Source of the DNA: Sulfurovum sp.
Lineage (GTDB): Bacteria; Campylobacterota; Campylobacteria; Campylobacterales; Sulfurovaceae
NCBI GenBank assembly: GCA_020721815.1
Contig: DYMA01000001.1
Span: forward strand, 1-62,637
DNA length: 62,637 nt
Reading direction: 5' to 3'
Below the pieces are notes generated by a model, which had not been told where the DNA came from, made no database searches, and saw only the letters and a list, made by a program, of their open reading frames with translations. How positions within the stretch are numbered: the stretch's first letter is position 1; each line of letters begins with the position of its first letter. The translations under genes and the position numbers were made by a program. This document shows, in pieces, positions 30,867-39,723 of the stretch.

Positions 30867-33350
30867 TCATTCACTAATCCACTGCTCAATTTTGTCTTGG
30901 TATTGATAGAAGATTTTACCCGCATTTTTAGCATCTTCGGCTTGGACGTAGAGATTGAGATACTCTTGGTGTTGGTCGGGTACCATCAATATCCACTCCT
31001 CATCGCTCACCCAAATTTTGACTCCATCGACGGAAGAGGTGCGTTTATCTTTGCCATCTTCAAGGAATTTACGCATGATTTTGCCCTTTTTGGTGCTAGG
31101 ACAAGGAATATTACCCCCTTGGAAGATAAACTCAGGCAAACCTTTAATTACTTTGGAGATTTTTTGTTGCGATTTTTGAATCAGTTCAAGGACTTTGATA
31201 CTCGCATAGACGGCATCTTTGTTGAGTCCAAATTCACTAAAGGCAAAATGCCCATCGGTATCGGCAATAAGGTCATACTCTTGAAGATTATCGGCTTTGA
31301 AGTTGCCAAACTTTTCTCGCACCACTTCGATGTTGGGATATTTGATAAAATCAGGCGCCCATGCAGGGAGTAAGGCTCTAAGAGGCTTATCGGTTGTGAT
31401 ATTGAGCAGTTCAAGGATTGTCAAAAGCAAGATATAGTCATAGACCAAATTGCCTTTGTCATCGACGAGTTGGAGTTTTTGACCGTTGGGATAGATAATA
31501 ATCCCGCAATCCAAATTGAGCGATTGGACGATTTTTTGGAGATTCTCTTGCGATTGTACCAAATTGTTCGCACCGCCCTTTTCGTTTTTGTAGGCGTTTA
31601 GCGTAATATTATCAATGCCCAGTTCATGCAAAATTTGCGGATAGGTATCAGCGGTAGAACCGTGCATAATATCAACGGCAATTCTAAGTTCACTGGAGGC
31701 AAATTGATTTTTTTGAAAATTGCTTTGGAGGCGTTGAATGTAGCGTTCTTTGACAAACATATCTTCATAAACCTCTCCAATATCTTGATAGTTTACCCGT
31801 CTAAAGTTCTCTCTAAAGAAGATACGCTCAATCGATTGAGCCAATTTGGTATCGATACTAAGCCCCTCATGCGTTGAAAAAACAATTTCAGTTATTTCAG
31901 GTTCATAGACCGATTGCCGAAAGTGAATACCCGCAGCAATATTCTCGTTTTGGTACAAGGCGTGACGCATAACGTTGGAGGGGATATTGAAGAGATTGAT
32001 GACATTGATACCCGTTGAGAGCATACCGCTTACAAAGGCACGTTTGAGCATTCGTGAGCTGTTGTGATAATCTCGTGAGATATAGACCGATGAGCCTACA
32101 GGCAAGATAGAACCAAAGGATTCGGCAAGTTTGGTGGACATTTGAGCCGAAAGTTCGATATTGGTTCTACCCATTACCACGCCGTTTTCAAAGATAGAGG
32201 ATTTGTATTTGTTACCCCAAATCACATTGGTACTTACGACGGCTGAGGGTTCAATGACCTTATCGGGCCACATGATAACATCTCGCTCAAAGGTGACTTT
32301 TTTGTTGATTTCACAATTTTCCGCTACAATCACCCCAAAAGCGACTTTGACCTCATCTTTGACGATGTTGTCGTTGCACAATACGGCGTTGTGAAGTTTG
32401 ACTTTGGAGCCTATTTGCACATCGTGCCACAAAACGCTATCGAGAATTTCGGAGTGTTTTTTGACGACTGTGTTATCACCAATAGAGCAGTTTTCAAGCG
32501 TTACACCCTCACCAATCTCTACATTTTTGCCCAATATTACCGTGCCTTTGATACGGATTTTTTCATGGAGGATTACCCCCTCTTCCATATAGACCACTCC
32601 TTTATCAAACACCTTCATCTCGCCTTTGATAGGAAGCTCTATTGCTTTGGCAAAAATATCTTTATAGACATCTCGGTAGCTTTCGGGATTGCCTACGTCT
32701 CTCCAGTAGCCTTGGAGTGAGAATCCCCACAAGGGTATATCTTCACGCATCAATTTAGGAAAGAGGTCTTTGGCAAAGTCGAAATTTTCACGGTAAGGAA
32801 TATAGTTTAAAATTTCAGGTTCAATCATGTAGATACCTGTATTAATCGTATCACTAAAGACCTCGCCCCAGCTTGGCTTTTCTAAGAATTTTTCGATTCT
32901 ATCCTCTTCATTGGCAATCACCACACCAAATTGAAGCGGGTCTTCTACCGATGTGAGTGTGATAGTAAGTTGTGAGTTTTTTTGTTGGTGAAAATCGGCT
33001 ATCTTTTTAAAATCAAAATTGGTCACCAAATCGCCGCTTACAATAATAAACGTCTCATTCAAAAACTCTCGTGCAAAAGCCACCGCCCCTGCTGTACCGT
33101 AATCATCATCGGGCAGATAGTAGGTAATATCTACTCCCAAATCTTTGCCATCACCAAAGTGATTTTTGATAATATCGGGCTTAAAGTAGAGTAAAACCGC
33201 TATTTGGGTAATGCCCAACTCATCTCGGAGCTTAATAATAGTATGCTCCATCATGGGTCTATTTAAAATCGGTAACATCGGTTTGGGTATCGAGTTGGTA
33301 AGGGGTTGGATACGTGTTCCAAAACCACCAGCTAAAACAATTGCTTTCAT
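30867..33350 (-). CDS. Sugar-1-phosphate nucleotidyltransferase fused to a left-handed beta-helix and a degenerate PGM/PMM-like domain
   Basis: MKAIVLAGGFGTRIQPLT...PKPMLPI NTP-transferase start, hexapeptide-repeat middle and a four-domain mutase-like C-half that lacks the TASHNP and DGDGDR signatures. Confidence 0.8.
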   Translation of the reverse strand: MKAIVLAGGFGTRIQPLTNSIPKPMLPILNRPMMEHTIIKLRDELGITQIAVLLYFKPDIIKNHFGDGKDLGVDITYYLPDDDYGTAGAVAFAREFLNETFIIVSGDLVTNFDFKKIADFHQQKNSQLTITLTSVEDPLQFGVVIANEEDRIEKFLEKPSWGEVFSDTINTGIYMIEPEILNYIPYRENFDFAKDLFPKLMREDIPLWGFSLQGYWRDVGNPESYRDVYKDIFAKAIELPIKGEMKVFDKGVVYMEEGVILHEKIRIKGTVILGKNVEIGEGVTLENCSIGDNTVVKKHSEILDSVLWHDVQIGSKVKLHNAVLCNDNIVKDEVKVAFGVIVAENCEINKKVTFERDVIMWPDKVIEPSAVVSTNVIWGNKYKSSIFENGVVMGRTNIELSAQMSTKLAESFGSILPVGSSVYISRDYHNSSRMLKRAFVSGMLSTGINVINLFNIPSNVMRHALYQNENIAAGIHFRQSVYEPEITEIVFSTHEGLSIDTKLAQSIERIFFRENFRRVNYQDIGEVYEDMFVKERYIQRLQSNFQKNQFASSELRIAVDIMHGSTADTYPQILHELGIDNITLNAYKNEKGGANNLVQSQENLQKIVQSLNLDCGIIIYPNGQKLQLVDDKGNLVYDYILLLTILELLNITTDKPLRALLPAWAPDFIKYPNIEVVREKFGNFKADNLQEYDLIADTDGHFAFSEFGLNKDAVYASIKVLELIQKSQQKISKVIKGLPEFIFQGGNIPCPSTKKGKIMRKFLEDGKDKRTSSVDGVKIWVSDEEWILMVPDQHQEYLNLYVQAEDAKNAGKIFYQYQDKIEQWISE

Positions 33351-35164
33351 ATTTCTATCCTTTCATTTTGATTATCACTACTCCATGTGGTAGAGATGTT
33401 TAAGAGTTGTCGATTCTTCTCATAGATGAGATGCATAGAGTGAAGAATCTTTTTGAGTATTATGACGGTATCGACCACAAAAGGGCCTTTGTTGAGCATA
33501 ATACAATCGGCCCTTTGGGCAAAAGCAGCGTCAATAACCTCCGCTCGTGTGGGGAGATTGTTTTTCATTTTGCCTTCGAGTATTTGCGTAGCGTAAATCA
33601 CAGGCACCAAAGCCGATTCGCAAATATCAAAAATCTCCTCTTGGATATAGGGCAGATTATCAAATCCTACCTCAATCGCCAAATCTCCCCGTGCTATCAT
33701 CACGCCGTAATTGGGACGTTTGAGGAGTTGCGCCAAAAGAGAGGGGAGGTTTTTTACGCCTCTTTTGGTCTCAATCTTGGGGACTATGGCGATGTGCTCT
33801 TTGCCTTTGTGATCGAGTATCTCTTGTACTATCTCTATATCTTTGGCGTTTTGGGCAAAAGAGATACCAATCAAATCGGCAAAATCAATCACGCCAAAGA
33901 GATTTTTTTTATCTTCATGGGTAATAGCGCAAATATCCAGATGGGTATTGGGGAAATTAATCCCTTTTTGGGCTTTGAGCAAAGTACCCGTAGCTTTTGC
34001 CAACGTAATCTTAAGCACGACTCCAATAGGAAGTTTTTGGGTTACAATAGCCCCAATTTTGCCATCATCAATAAAAATGCTATCTTCAAGCTTGATGTAC
34101 TCAAATATCTCTTTGTTGGAACACTCCACAATGGCTGCATAGGTTTTGTTTTCATAGACAAAATCTTTTTGAGCTACTTGCTTGTGAGGGGTCAAAATAA
34201 TCTCATCGTTTTGAAAAAGACGCACCGCATCCTCTTCGTAGCGTAAATTGTGAAGTTGGCTCAAACGTTTCTCTTTGGGGGAATAGAGCAGGGTTTGGCT
34301 ATCAATCAAAACCTTTTTGTGGGGGCGAATGGTGATACGTTTTTTATCTTTGTGAAGCCTAAAGGTGTGAAGTATCTGCTTTTCATTATCCATCATCTTA
34401 ATGGTGTGCCACTTGTCACGACACCGTGCATAAAAATCATCTTCTACTACAAGAGTGGCACTTGTATCGCTCGTGGGATTGGCTTGGGTTAGGGCTGCTT
34501 GATGGCTTTGGGGTAGAATTTCAACTTCAACTTCAACTTTTTTTGAACCTATTTTAAAAGGGCTAAAGTGTTTTTCAAATGCACCTGTTCGGTTTTTGGG
34601 ACCTGCTAAATCGACATAGATTTTGGTATCTTTGTTTTGTTTTTGGTTTTGTTCTTTGATAAAAAGTGCCATTTTTATCCACGCACCCAAATCATCGTGA
34701 GCGGTATTGATACGCAAAACCGAGACATCTTGGGCAATGAAATCTTTGATAAGCTCATCGGATTGAGCAGCCTCTGAGGGCAAGGTGACCATTACTTTGG
34801 TTTTGTAGTGTTCATCATCGCTCGTGCCAAAAATTTTGGCGTTGTGTTTGAGTATCTTTTTGGCACTTTTGAAATCCAAATAATCATGCTCATCGGGGGT
34901 TTGCGGTTTGCCTAAAAGCTGTTCGAGAATTTTGATATTTTGATGAATCGAACTCATCACACACGTTTGCGAACGCCCCAATGAAGAGAGACCTATGGAG
35001 GTAAGCTCTTCTTGAATAGCCGTTAGATTAAAGTTACGCAAACTCACATAATCGCTAAGATTGTTTTGCCAAAGGTGCGTTTGTTCTTGGTCTCTTTGTG
35101 CGAGTATCTCTCTTTTTAGCTCCAAAAGCTCTTCGAGGAGTCTCTCTAACTTGCTTAGATTCAT
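33347..35164 (-). CDS. pyk: Divergent pyruvate kinase with an N-terminal extension
   Basis: TKVMVTLP...RINTAHD...DLAGPKNRTG...MIARGDLAIEVG...ATQILESM-type blocks (ATQILEGKMKN). About 130-aa helical N-extension. No C-terminal allosteric domain. Confidence 0.7.
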   Translation of the reverse strand: MNLSKLERLLEELLELKREILAQRDQEQTHLWQNNLSDYVSLRNFNLTAIQEELTSIGLSSLGRSQTCVMSSIHQNIKILEQLLGKPQTPDEHDYLDFKSAKKILKHNAKIFGTSDDEHYKTKVMVTLPSEAAQSDELIKDFIAQDVSVLRINTAHDDLGAWIKMALFIKEQNQKQNKDTKIYVDLAGPKNRTGAFEKHFSPFKIGSKKVEVEVEILPQSHQAALTQANPTSDTSATLVVEDDFYARCRDKWHTIKMMDNEKQILHTFRLHKDKKRITIRPHKKVLIDSQTLLYSPKEKRLSQLHNLRYEEDAVRLFQNDEIILTPHKQVAQKDFVYENKTYAAIVECSNKEIFEYIKLEDSIFIDDGKIGAIVTQKLPIGVVLKITLAKATGTLLKAQKGINFPNTHLDICAITHEDKKNLFGVIDFADLIGISFAQNAKDIEIVQEILDHKGKEHIAIVPKIETKRGVKNLPSLLAQLLKRPNYGVMIARGDLAIEVGFDNLPYIQEEIFDICESALVPVIYATQILEGKMKNNLPTRAEVIDAAFAQRADCIMLNKGPFVVDTVIILKKILHSMHLIYEKNRQLLNISTTWSSDNQNERIEI

Positions 35165-36126
35165 GCGTGCACAAGCCTTTTGACCAAATCAATCAAATTG
35201 GGATCAATGGCATATTTTTGGGAATTGACGTGTTCAATCGTAACAAACTCAAATCGAGCGTTTTTATAGACGATTACGTTGGCACATTGATCGTTTGCAA
35301 GGAGATAATCAATAGCATAAGTGACAAATTGAGAAGCCATTAAGCGGTCATGGACGGTTGGATTGCCACCCCTTTGGACATGCCCCAAAATAGTAGCGCG
35401 TGTCTCAATGCCTACCTCATGGGAGAGCCAATCGACTATCTTTTGGGTTTGACCCGTACCCTCGGCTACAATGGCTACGATATAGATTCTTCCATTGGCA
35501 ATCTCGGCTTTGAGCTGTTTGCCAATCTTATCCAAATCGTAGGCAAGTTCTGGGACGATACACACCTCTGCCCCACTGGTAATAGCCGAAACTACCGCCA
35601 AATAACCGCAATCTCGCCCCATCGTCTCGACCACACACGCTCTTCTAAAAGAGGCGGAGGTATCTCGTATCGCATCAATGGCTTCACGAATGATATTGAG
35701 TGAGGTATCAACCCCCAAACAGTAATCCGTACCAAAAATATCGTTATCAATCGTAGCGGGAATACCCACGAAACTAATCCCAAAATCGTGATGAAATTGA
35801 TTGAGCGCCCTAAATGAGCCATCTCCTCCCAAAATAACAATACGGGTAATGCCGTGCTTTTGGAGGTTCTCGTAGGCTTGTTTGCGGTATGCGTACTCAA
35901 AAAAGCGTTTGGAGCGAGAGGAGCGTATCATTGTCCCTCCCTCGTGCATCATGCCTGCTACATCTCGATAGGTTGCCGCTTGAATCTTTCCATCAATAAG
36001 CCCCTCCAATCCATCATAGATAAAATAGGGTTTTAAATTATGGTGCAAAGCATAATCAACAAATTGTTTGATAGCAGGGTTCATCCCAGCACAATCTCCG
36101 CCTGAAGTCATAATTGCTATTGCCAT
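35161..36126 (-). CDS. pfkA: ATP-dependent 6-phosphofructokinase
   Basis: TSGGDCAGMNPAI, ILGGDGSFRA (Gly, not Asp, at the ATP/PPi discriminator), PATIDNDI and MGRDCGYLA. Confidence 0.9.
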   Translation of the reverse strand: MAIAIMTSGGDCAGMNPAIKQFVDYALHHNLKPYFIYDGLEGLIDGKIQAATYRDVAGMMHEGGTMIRSSRSKRFFEYAYRKQAYENLQKHGITRIVILGGDGSFRALNQFHHDFGISFVGIPATIDNDIFGTDYCLGVDTSLNIIREAIDAIRDTSASFRRACVVETMGRDCGYLAVVSAITSGAEVCIVPELAYDLDKIGKQLKAEIANGRIYIVAIVAEGTGQTQKIVDWLSHEVGIETRATILGHVQRGGNPTVHDRLMASQFVTYAIDYLLANDQCANVIVYKNARFEFVTIEHVNSQKYAIDPNLIDLVKRLVHA

Positions 36127-36138
36127 GGTTGCTCTCTT

Positions 36139-37395
36139 TTAGGCTTGAAATTTTTTAACTAAAATATCTTTGCCCAGTTCAACACCGGGTTGATTGTAGG
36201 TATTGACCCCCATCATCGCTCCCGTAATGGATGTTAAAAGCTCAAAATAGGCAATTAAAGCACCGATATTCTCTTCATTGGCTCTACTAAGTGAGATTTT
36301 ATCGGCAACCACACCGCTATCCATGACGCTTTGCATTGTAGCGTCGCATTGGGCATTGATAAGCTTCCCAAAGCTGTTGCCGTTGATGTAGTCTGCTTTT
36401 TCGATGCGTTTGAGTGAAATATTGGGGATGGTAATATCCTCCTCGAAATCATCAATATTCATAAATGTCACACTCTTATTGCGAGGTCCTTCGATGATGA
36501 GTTGCAAAAAGGAGTGCTGATCTACCGAACCCGTAAGCCCAATAGGCGTAAGTCCCACACGGTTGCCTTGGGTATCGATTTTGCCCAATGATTCGCCCCA
36601 AAGCTGTACATACCATTTGGAAAAATCTTCAAGCAAGTTGGAGTAAGCAAAAAGGACATTGATAGAGAGTGTTTGGTTGTTGGTATAGAGATAATAAGCT
36701 TTTTGAAGCAGATGCTCCTCTTGACGCTCAAAAAATCTATCAATTAAATCACCTGCACCCTTAAGCAACGCCTCCACATCGTATCCCATAAGAAAAAGCG
36801 GCACGATGCCAACGGCACTCAAAACCGAAAAGCGTCCCCCTACGTTGCTGGGCATATTAAACTCTTTGATACCGTACTCTAGGGCAAATTGAGACAAAAT
36901 TGAACCAGGATCGGTAATAACAATGAGTCGTTTGGCATCGTCTGAAGCAAAATCAAAATCCAAATACGCCACAATAGCCTTGAAAGTAGAGATAGTCTCA
37001 ATCGTCCCACCCGATTTGGAGATGAGGATAATAGCCAAAGACTCTTTTTGAAGCTTTTTGAGTTTGGATGCGATATCAACGGGGTCGGAGTTTTCAAAAA
37101 ATATTAGCTCTTTGGCGTTGGTACGTTTGTGACAAAGCAACGAATCAATCGCTTTAGCCCCCAACGAAGAGCCACCAATGCCCACAACCACCACCGTTTG
37201 AGCTTCCATTAGCACACTGTTATCTTGCGTATAAGCCTTAAGCTCATGAATCACCTCTTGTGAAGTAACGGGAAGTTTGTAGTAGCCAATCTCACCGCTT
37301 TGGCACTCGTGTTGCACCTTTGTAAAAGCATCCTCAATCACGTGATTGGTATCTGTTGTTTCATAAAAATTTGTTGGTCTGTGAAAGGTTATCAT
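36139..37395 (-). CDS. pgi: Glucose-6-phosphate isomerase (short bacterial type)
   Basis: VVVGIGGSSLG, SKSGGTIET, GGRFSVLSAVG and QHSFLQLIIEG motifs. Confidence 0.88.
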   Translation of the reverse strand: MITFHRPTNFYETTDTNHVIEDAFTKVQHECQSGEIGYYKLPVTSQEVIHELKAYTQDNSVLMEAQTVVVVGIGGSSLGAKAIDSLLCHKRTNAKELIFFENSDPVDIASKLKKLQKESLAIILISKSGGTIETISTFKAIVAYLDFDFASDDAKRLIVITDPGSILSQFALEYGIKEFNMPSNVGGRFSVLSAVGIVPLFLMGYDVEALLKGAGDLIDRFFERQEEHLLQKAYYLYTNNQTLSINVLFAYSNLLEDFSKWYVQLWGESLGKIDTQGNRVGLTPIGLTGSVDQHSFLQLIIEGPRNKSVTFMNIDDFEEDITIPNISLKRIEKADYINGNSFGKLINAQCDATMQSVMDSGVVADKISLSRANEENIGALIAYFELLTSITGAMMGVNTYNQPGVELGKDILVKKFQA

Positions 37396-37419
37396 AACTC
37401 ATCTCCTGCTCTTTTTTTT

Positions 37420-37428
37420 ATCTTAACA
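37420..37428 (-). promoter_or_regulatory. Candidate extended -10 TGTTAAGAT upstream of pgi
   Basis: Reverse complement of atcttaaca. Lies 24 nt upstream of the pgi ATG, with GCAGGAG as RBS. Weak hexamer. Confidence 0.25.
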
Positions 37429-37470
37429 TTTTTTGATTACATAATAGTCTCAAACGAAACCTATTTTATC

Positions 37471-37592
37471 TCACTCCACGACATATTCAATTTATCGTTC
37501 GTACTGAGCTTGTCGAAGTACATCAAACTCAAGACCCTTCGACAAGCTCAGGGTGAACGGATACGATATTTTTTACTCTGTCGTGGAGTAAG
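37471..37592 (-). repeat. Nested palindromic repeat, subfamily 2, copy B (reverse complement of copy C)
   Basis: tcactccacgac...gttcgtactgagcttgtcgaag-N-cttcgacaagctcagggtgaacgg...gtcgtggagtaag. The reverse complement aligns with 46802-46924, with about 5 substitutions and 1 indel by hand alignment. Confidence 0.9.
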
Positions 37593-37760
37593 CTATTTTA
37601 TAATCAACTTGTCTGAGTCTTTACAGTAATATTACTATAAATTTCTTTATTTTCTCATAAAATAAGCAAAACTTAGCATAATAATTGATGGAAGTTATGC
37701 TCTAAAGTTTGAAAGTTAAATATAAATTAGAAATCTACAGCACAATTACCACAAGTCAAA

Positions 37761-38216
37761 TCACCGCAACCCTTGTTCTAGTGCATCTACTATCTCCCTT
37801 TGCAAAACCTCTCTATCGACACTTTGTATATCTAAAACATGGACATAGAGAGAGTCACCATCGAGTTCTAGGGTGATAGTGCCAGGGGTTAGAGTGATGG
37901 CATTGGCTAAGAGGAGCTTGTCGTGATTGGTTTTTAGGGTGGTTTTGAGCTTGACTATGCCCGTATTAATAGGGAGTTTGGGGTTGAGGACTATTTTGGC
38001 TACTTCTATGTTTGAGGCTATGAGGCTTTTGAAAAAGAGCGGTGCAAAGTGTAAGTATTGACGGATGATACTTGCTAATTCAAAGCTTCCACTAGGAGTA
38101 AAGTAACGAGCCACCACAAAGGCAACGACTGCCCCTACTGCCAACTCTTGGATATCGAGTGAGTTGGTAAGTCCCATCCAAACCAACAACAAAAGTATAA
38201 ATTTTCCTATCATCAC
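37761..38216 (-). CDS. MrpE/MnhE-like subunit
   Basis: SNIEVAKIVLNP...LLLANAITLTPGTITLELD...LYVHVLD is the MnhE signature. Last gene of the cluster. Confidence 0.7.
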   Translation of the reverse strand: MMIGKFILLLLVWMGLTNSLDIQELAVGAVVAFVVARYFTPSGSFELASIIRQYLHFAPLFFKSLIASNIEVAKIVLNPKLPINTGIVKLKTTLKTNHDKLLLANAITLTPGTITLELDGDSLYVHVLDIQSVDREVLQREIVDALEQGLR

Positions 38217-38605
38217 TTATCCTTTGGGAAATACAAAAAGTTATCGGCTTTATCGTCCGCCCAGATACACTCATTTTCCAGTTTGAGCGAATTGGGTGGG
38301 CAAACATCGGTACAGAGACTGCACCAGCAGCAACGACCGTAATCTATACGAGGGATACACCCACTGGCATTTTTTGGATTGACATCTTTGGCTATCGTTA
38401 CCATGTCAATTGCCTCATTCATACAAACATCTTGGCAGTTGGCACACCCTATGCAGTCGGCTAGTAGGTTGGTATGAAAACCTCTGTAGCCATCTATCTG
38501 CTCTTTTTTTACTTCAGGATAACAGATGGTTTTGGGGTGTTCAAAGAGCTTTTTGACGGCCAAAAACGGGCTGAGAGTCCCTTTTATATCAGGTGAAAAT
38601 TGCAT
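38213..38605 (-). CDS. NuoI/MbxN-like 2x[4Fe-4S] ferredoxin subunit
   Basis: CIGCANCQDVC and CCWCSLCTDVCP cluster motifs. Start set at MQFSPD (38605), 2 nt after the upstream stop. Confidence 0.85.
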   Translation of the reverse strand: MQFSPDIKGTLSPFLAVKKLFEHPKTICYPEVKKEQIDGYRGFHTNLLADCIGCANCQDVCMNEAIDMVTIAKDVNPKNASGCIPRIDYGRCCWCSLCTDVCPPNSLKLENECIWADDKADNFLYFPKDK

Positions 38606-38607
38606 CT

Positions 38608-39723
38608 TTATCGCTCCATTTCGGGTGGGCAAATACCCAGTGAGTTCATAATGAGAGCCACATTGGATAGCTCTTCATCTACCAATAGATTTTCGAGTAG
38701 CGTAAAGCCATGAATGAGTGAGGGACCTTTGACTTGCATTCGTCTAATAAACTCTGAGCCATCCCCTGCCATATAGTAGCCAAACTCTCCACGAGCCGAT
38801 TCAGTAGCTACATAAATATCCTCTTTTGGGAGTTTAAACTTGCGATGTTTTGGGAGCTTTTGCATGATAGCTCCCTCGCTGGGCATCTGAGCTATTACTT
38901 GTCTAAGTATCTTGATAGACTCTACCATCTCACCTCTTCGTACCAACGCACGGCTATAGACATCGCAACCCTCATACGTAGGTATCTCAAAATCAAGCTT
39001 ATCATAAACAAGATAGGGGTTATCTCGCCGCACATCTCGCTCTATTCCGCAACCTCGAAGGACTTGCCCAACATAGCCATTTTTGAGGGCTTCATCTCTA
39101 TTGACCACGCCCACGCCTATTGCTCTCTTTTTGAAGGTACTGTTTTCAAAAAAGATACTATCATAAGCAAGAAGTCTCCCCTCTAGGTAGTCCAAAAGCT
39201 GCGCTAACTTCTCCAAAAATCCATTAGGCAACTCTCGCCTAACGCCACCTGGGTAGATATACATATGATAGACTCGCCCACCTGTTAGCTCCTCAAAGAG
39301 ATCAAGTATCAAGTCTCTATCGTAAACACTCCATTGACCCACGACTCCTAGTCCAATAGAGCCACTTTGTCCACCCATCCATAGCATTTGGGCGGCTAGT
39401 CTCGCCATCTCTAGCACCATGACACGGATATATTTTGCTCTTTGGCTTATCTCTATACCTGCCAAACCCTCGACGGCTCTAGCGAAATTTTCCTCATTTG
39501 GGTCTGGTTCGGGGACGCAGATGCGACACACTATCGTAAAGGCTTGAATGATGGTTCGTCGTTCGATAAGTTTTTCAAAGCCTCGGTGGAGGTAGCCCAC
39601 ATGCGTCCTGGCCCCTTTGATGGTCTCGCCTAGAAGGTCTAGCTCCATGCTCATGTTGCCTGTGATACCTGGGTGTTGCGGGCCATGGTATATTTTGATG
39701 AGTCTATTGTCGTTATTTTCCAT
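38608..39723 (-). CDS. NuoD / group-4 [NiFe]-hydrogenase large-subunit-like catalytic subunit with an incomplete Cys set
   Basis: GPQHPG..., HVGYLHRGFEKL, then IVCRICVPEPD (CxxC). The C-terminus reads SLGICPPEMER: one Cys, with Glu at the second Cys position. Confidence 0.85.
   Translation of the reverse strand: MENNDNRLIKIYHGPQHPGITGNMSMELDLLGETIKGARTHVGYLHRGFEKLIERRTIIQAFTIVCRICVPEPDPNEENFARAVEGLAGIEISQRAKYIRVMVLEMARLAAQMLWMGGQSGSIGLGVVGQWSVYDRDLILDLFEELTGGRVYHMYIYPGGVRRELPNGFLEKLAQLLDYLEGRLLAYDSIFFENSTFKKRAIGVGVVNRDEALKNGYVGQVLRGCGIERDVRRDNPYLVYDKLDFEIPTYEGCDVYSRALVRRGEMVESIKILRQVIAQMPSEGAIMQKLPKHRKFKLPKEDIYVATESARGEFGYYMAGDGSEFIRRMQVKGPSLIHGFTLLENLLVDEELSNVALIMNSLGICPPEMER

Noticed and set aside
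37300-37629. 109-aa ORF containing LRQAQGER, and similar small ORFs across the repeat copies.
   Set aside because: This is a translation artefact of the palindromic repeat (copy B). It overlaps the pgi start and has no RBS.
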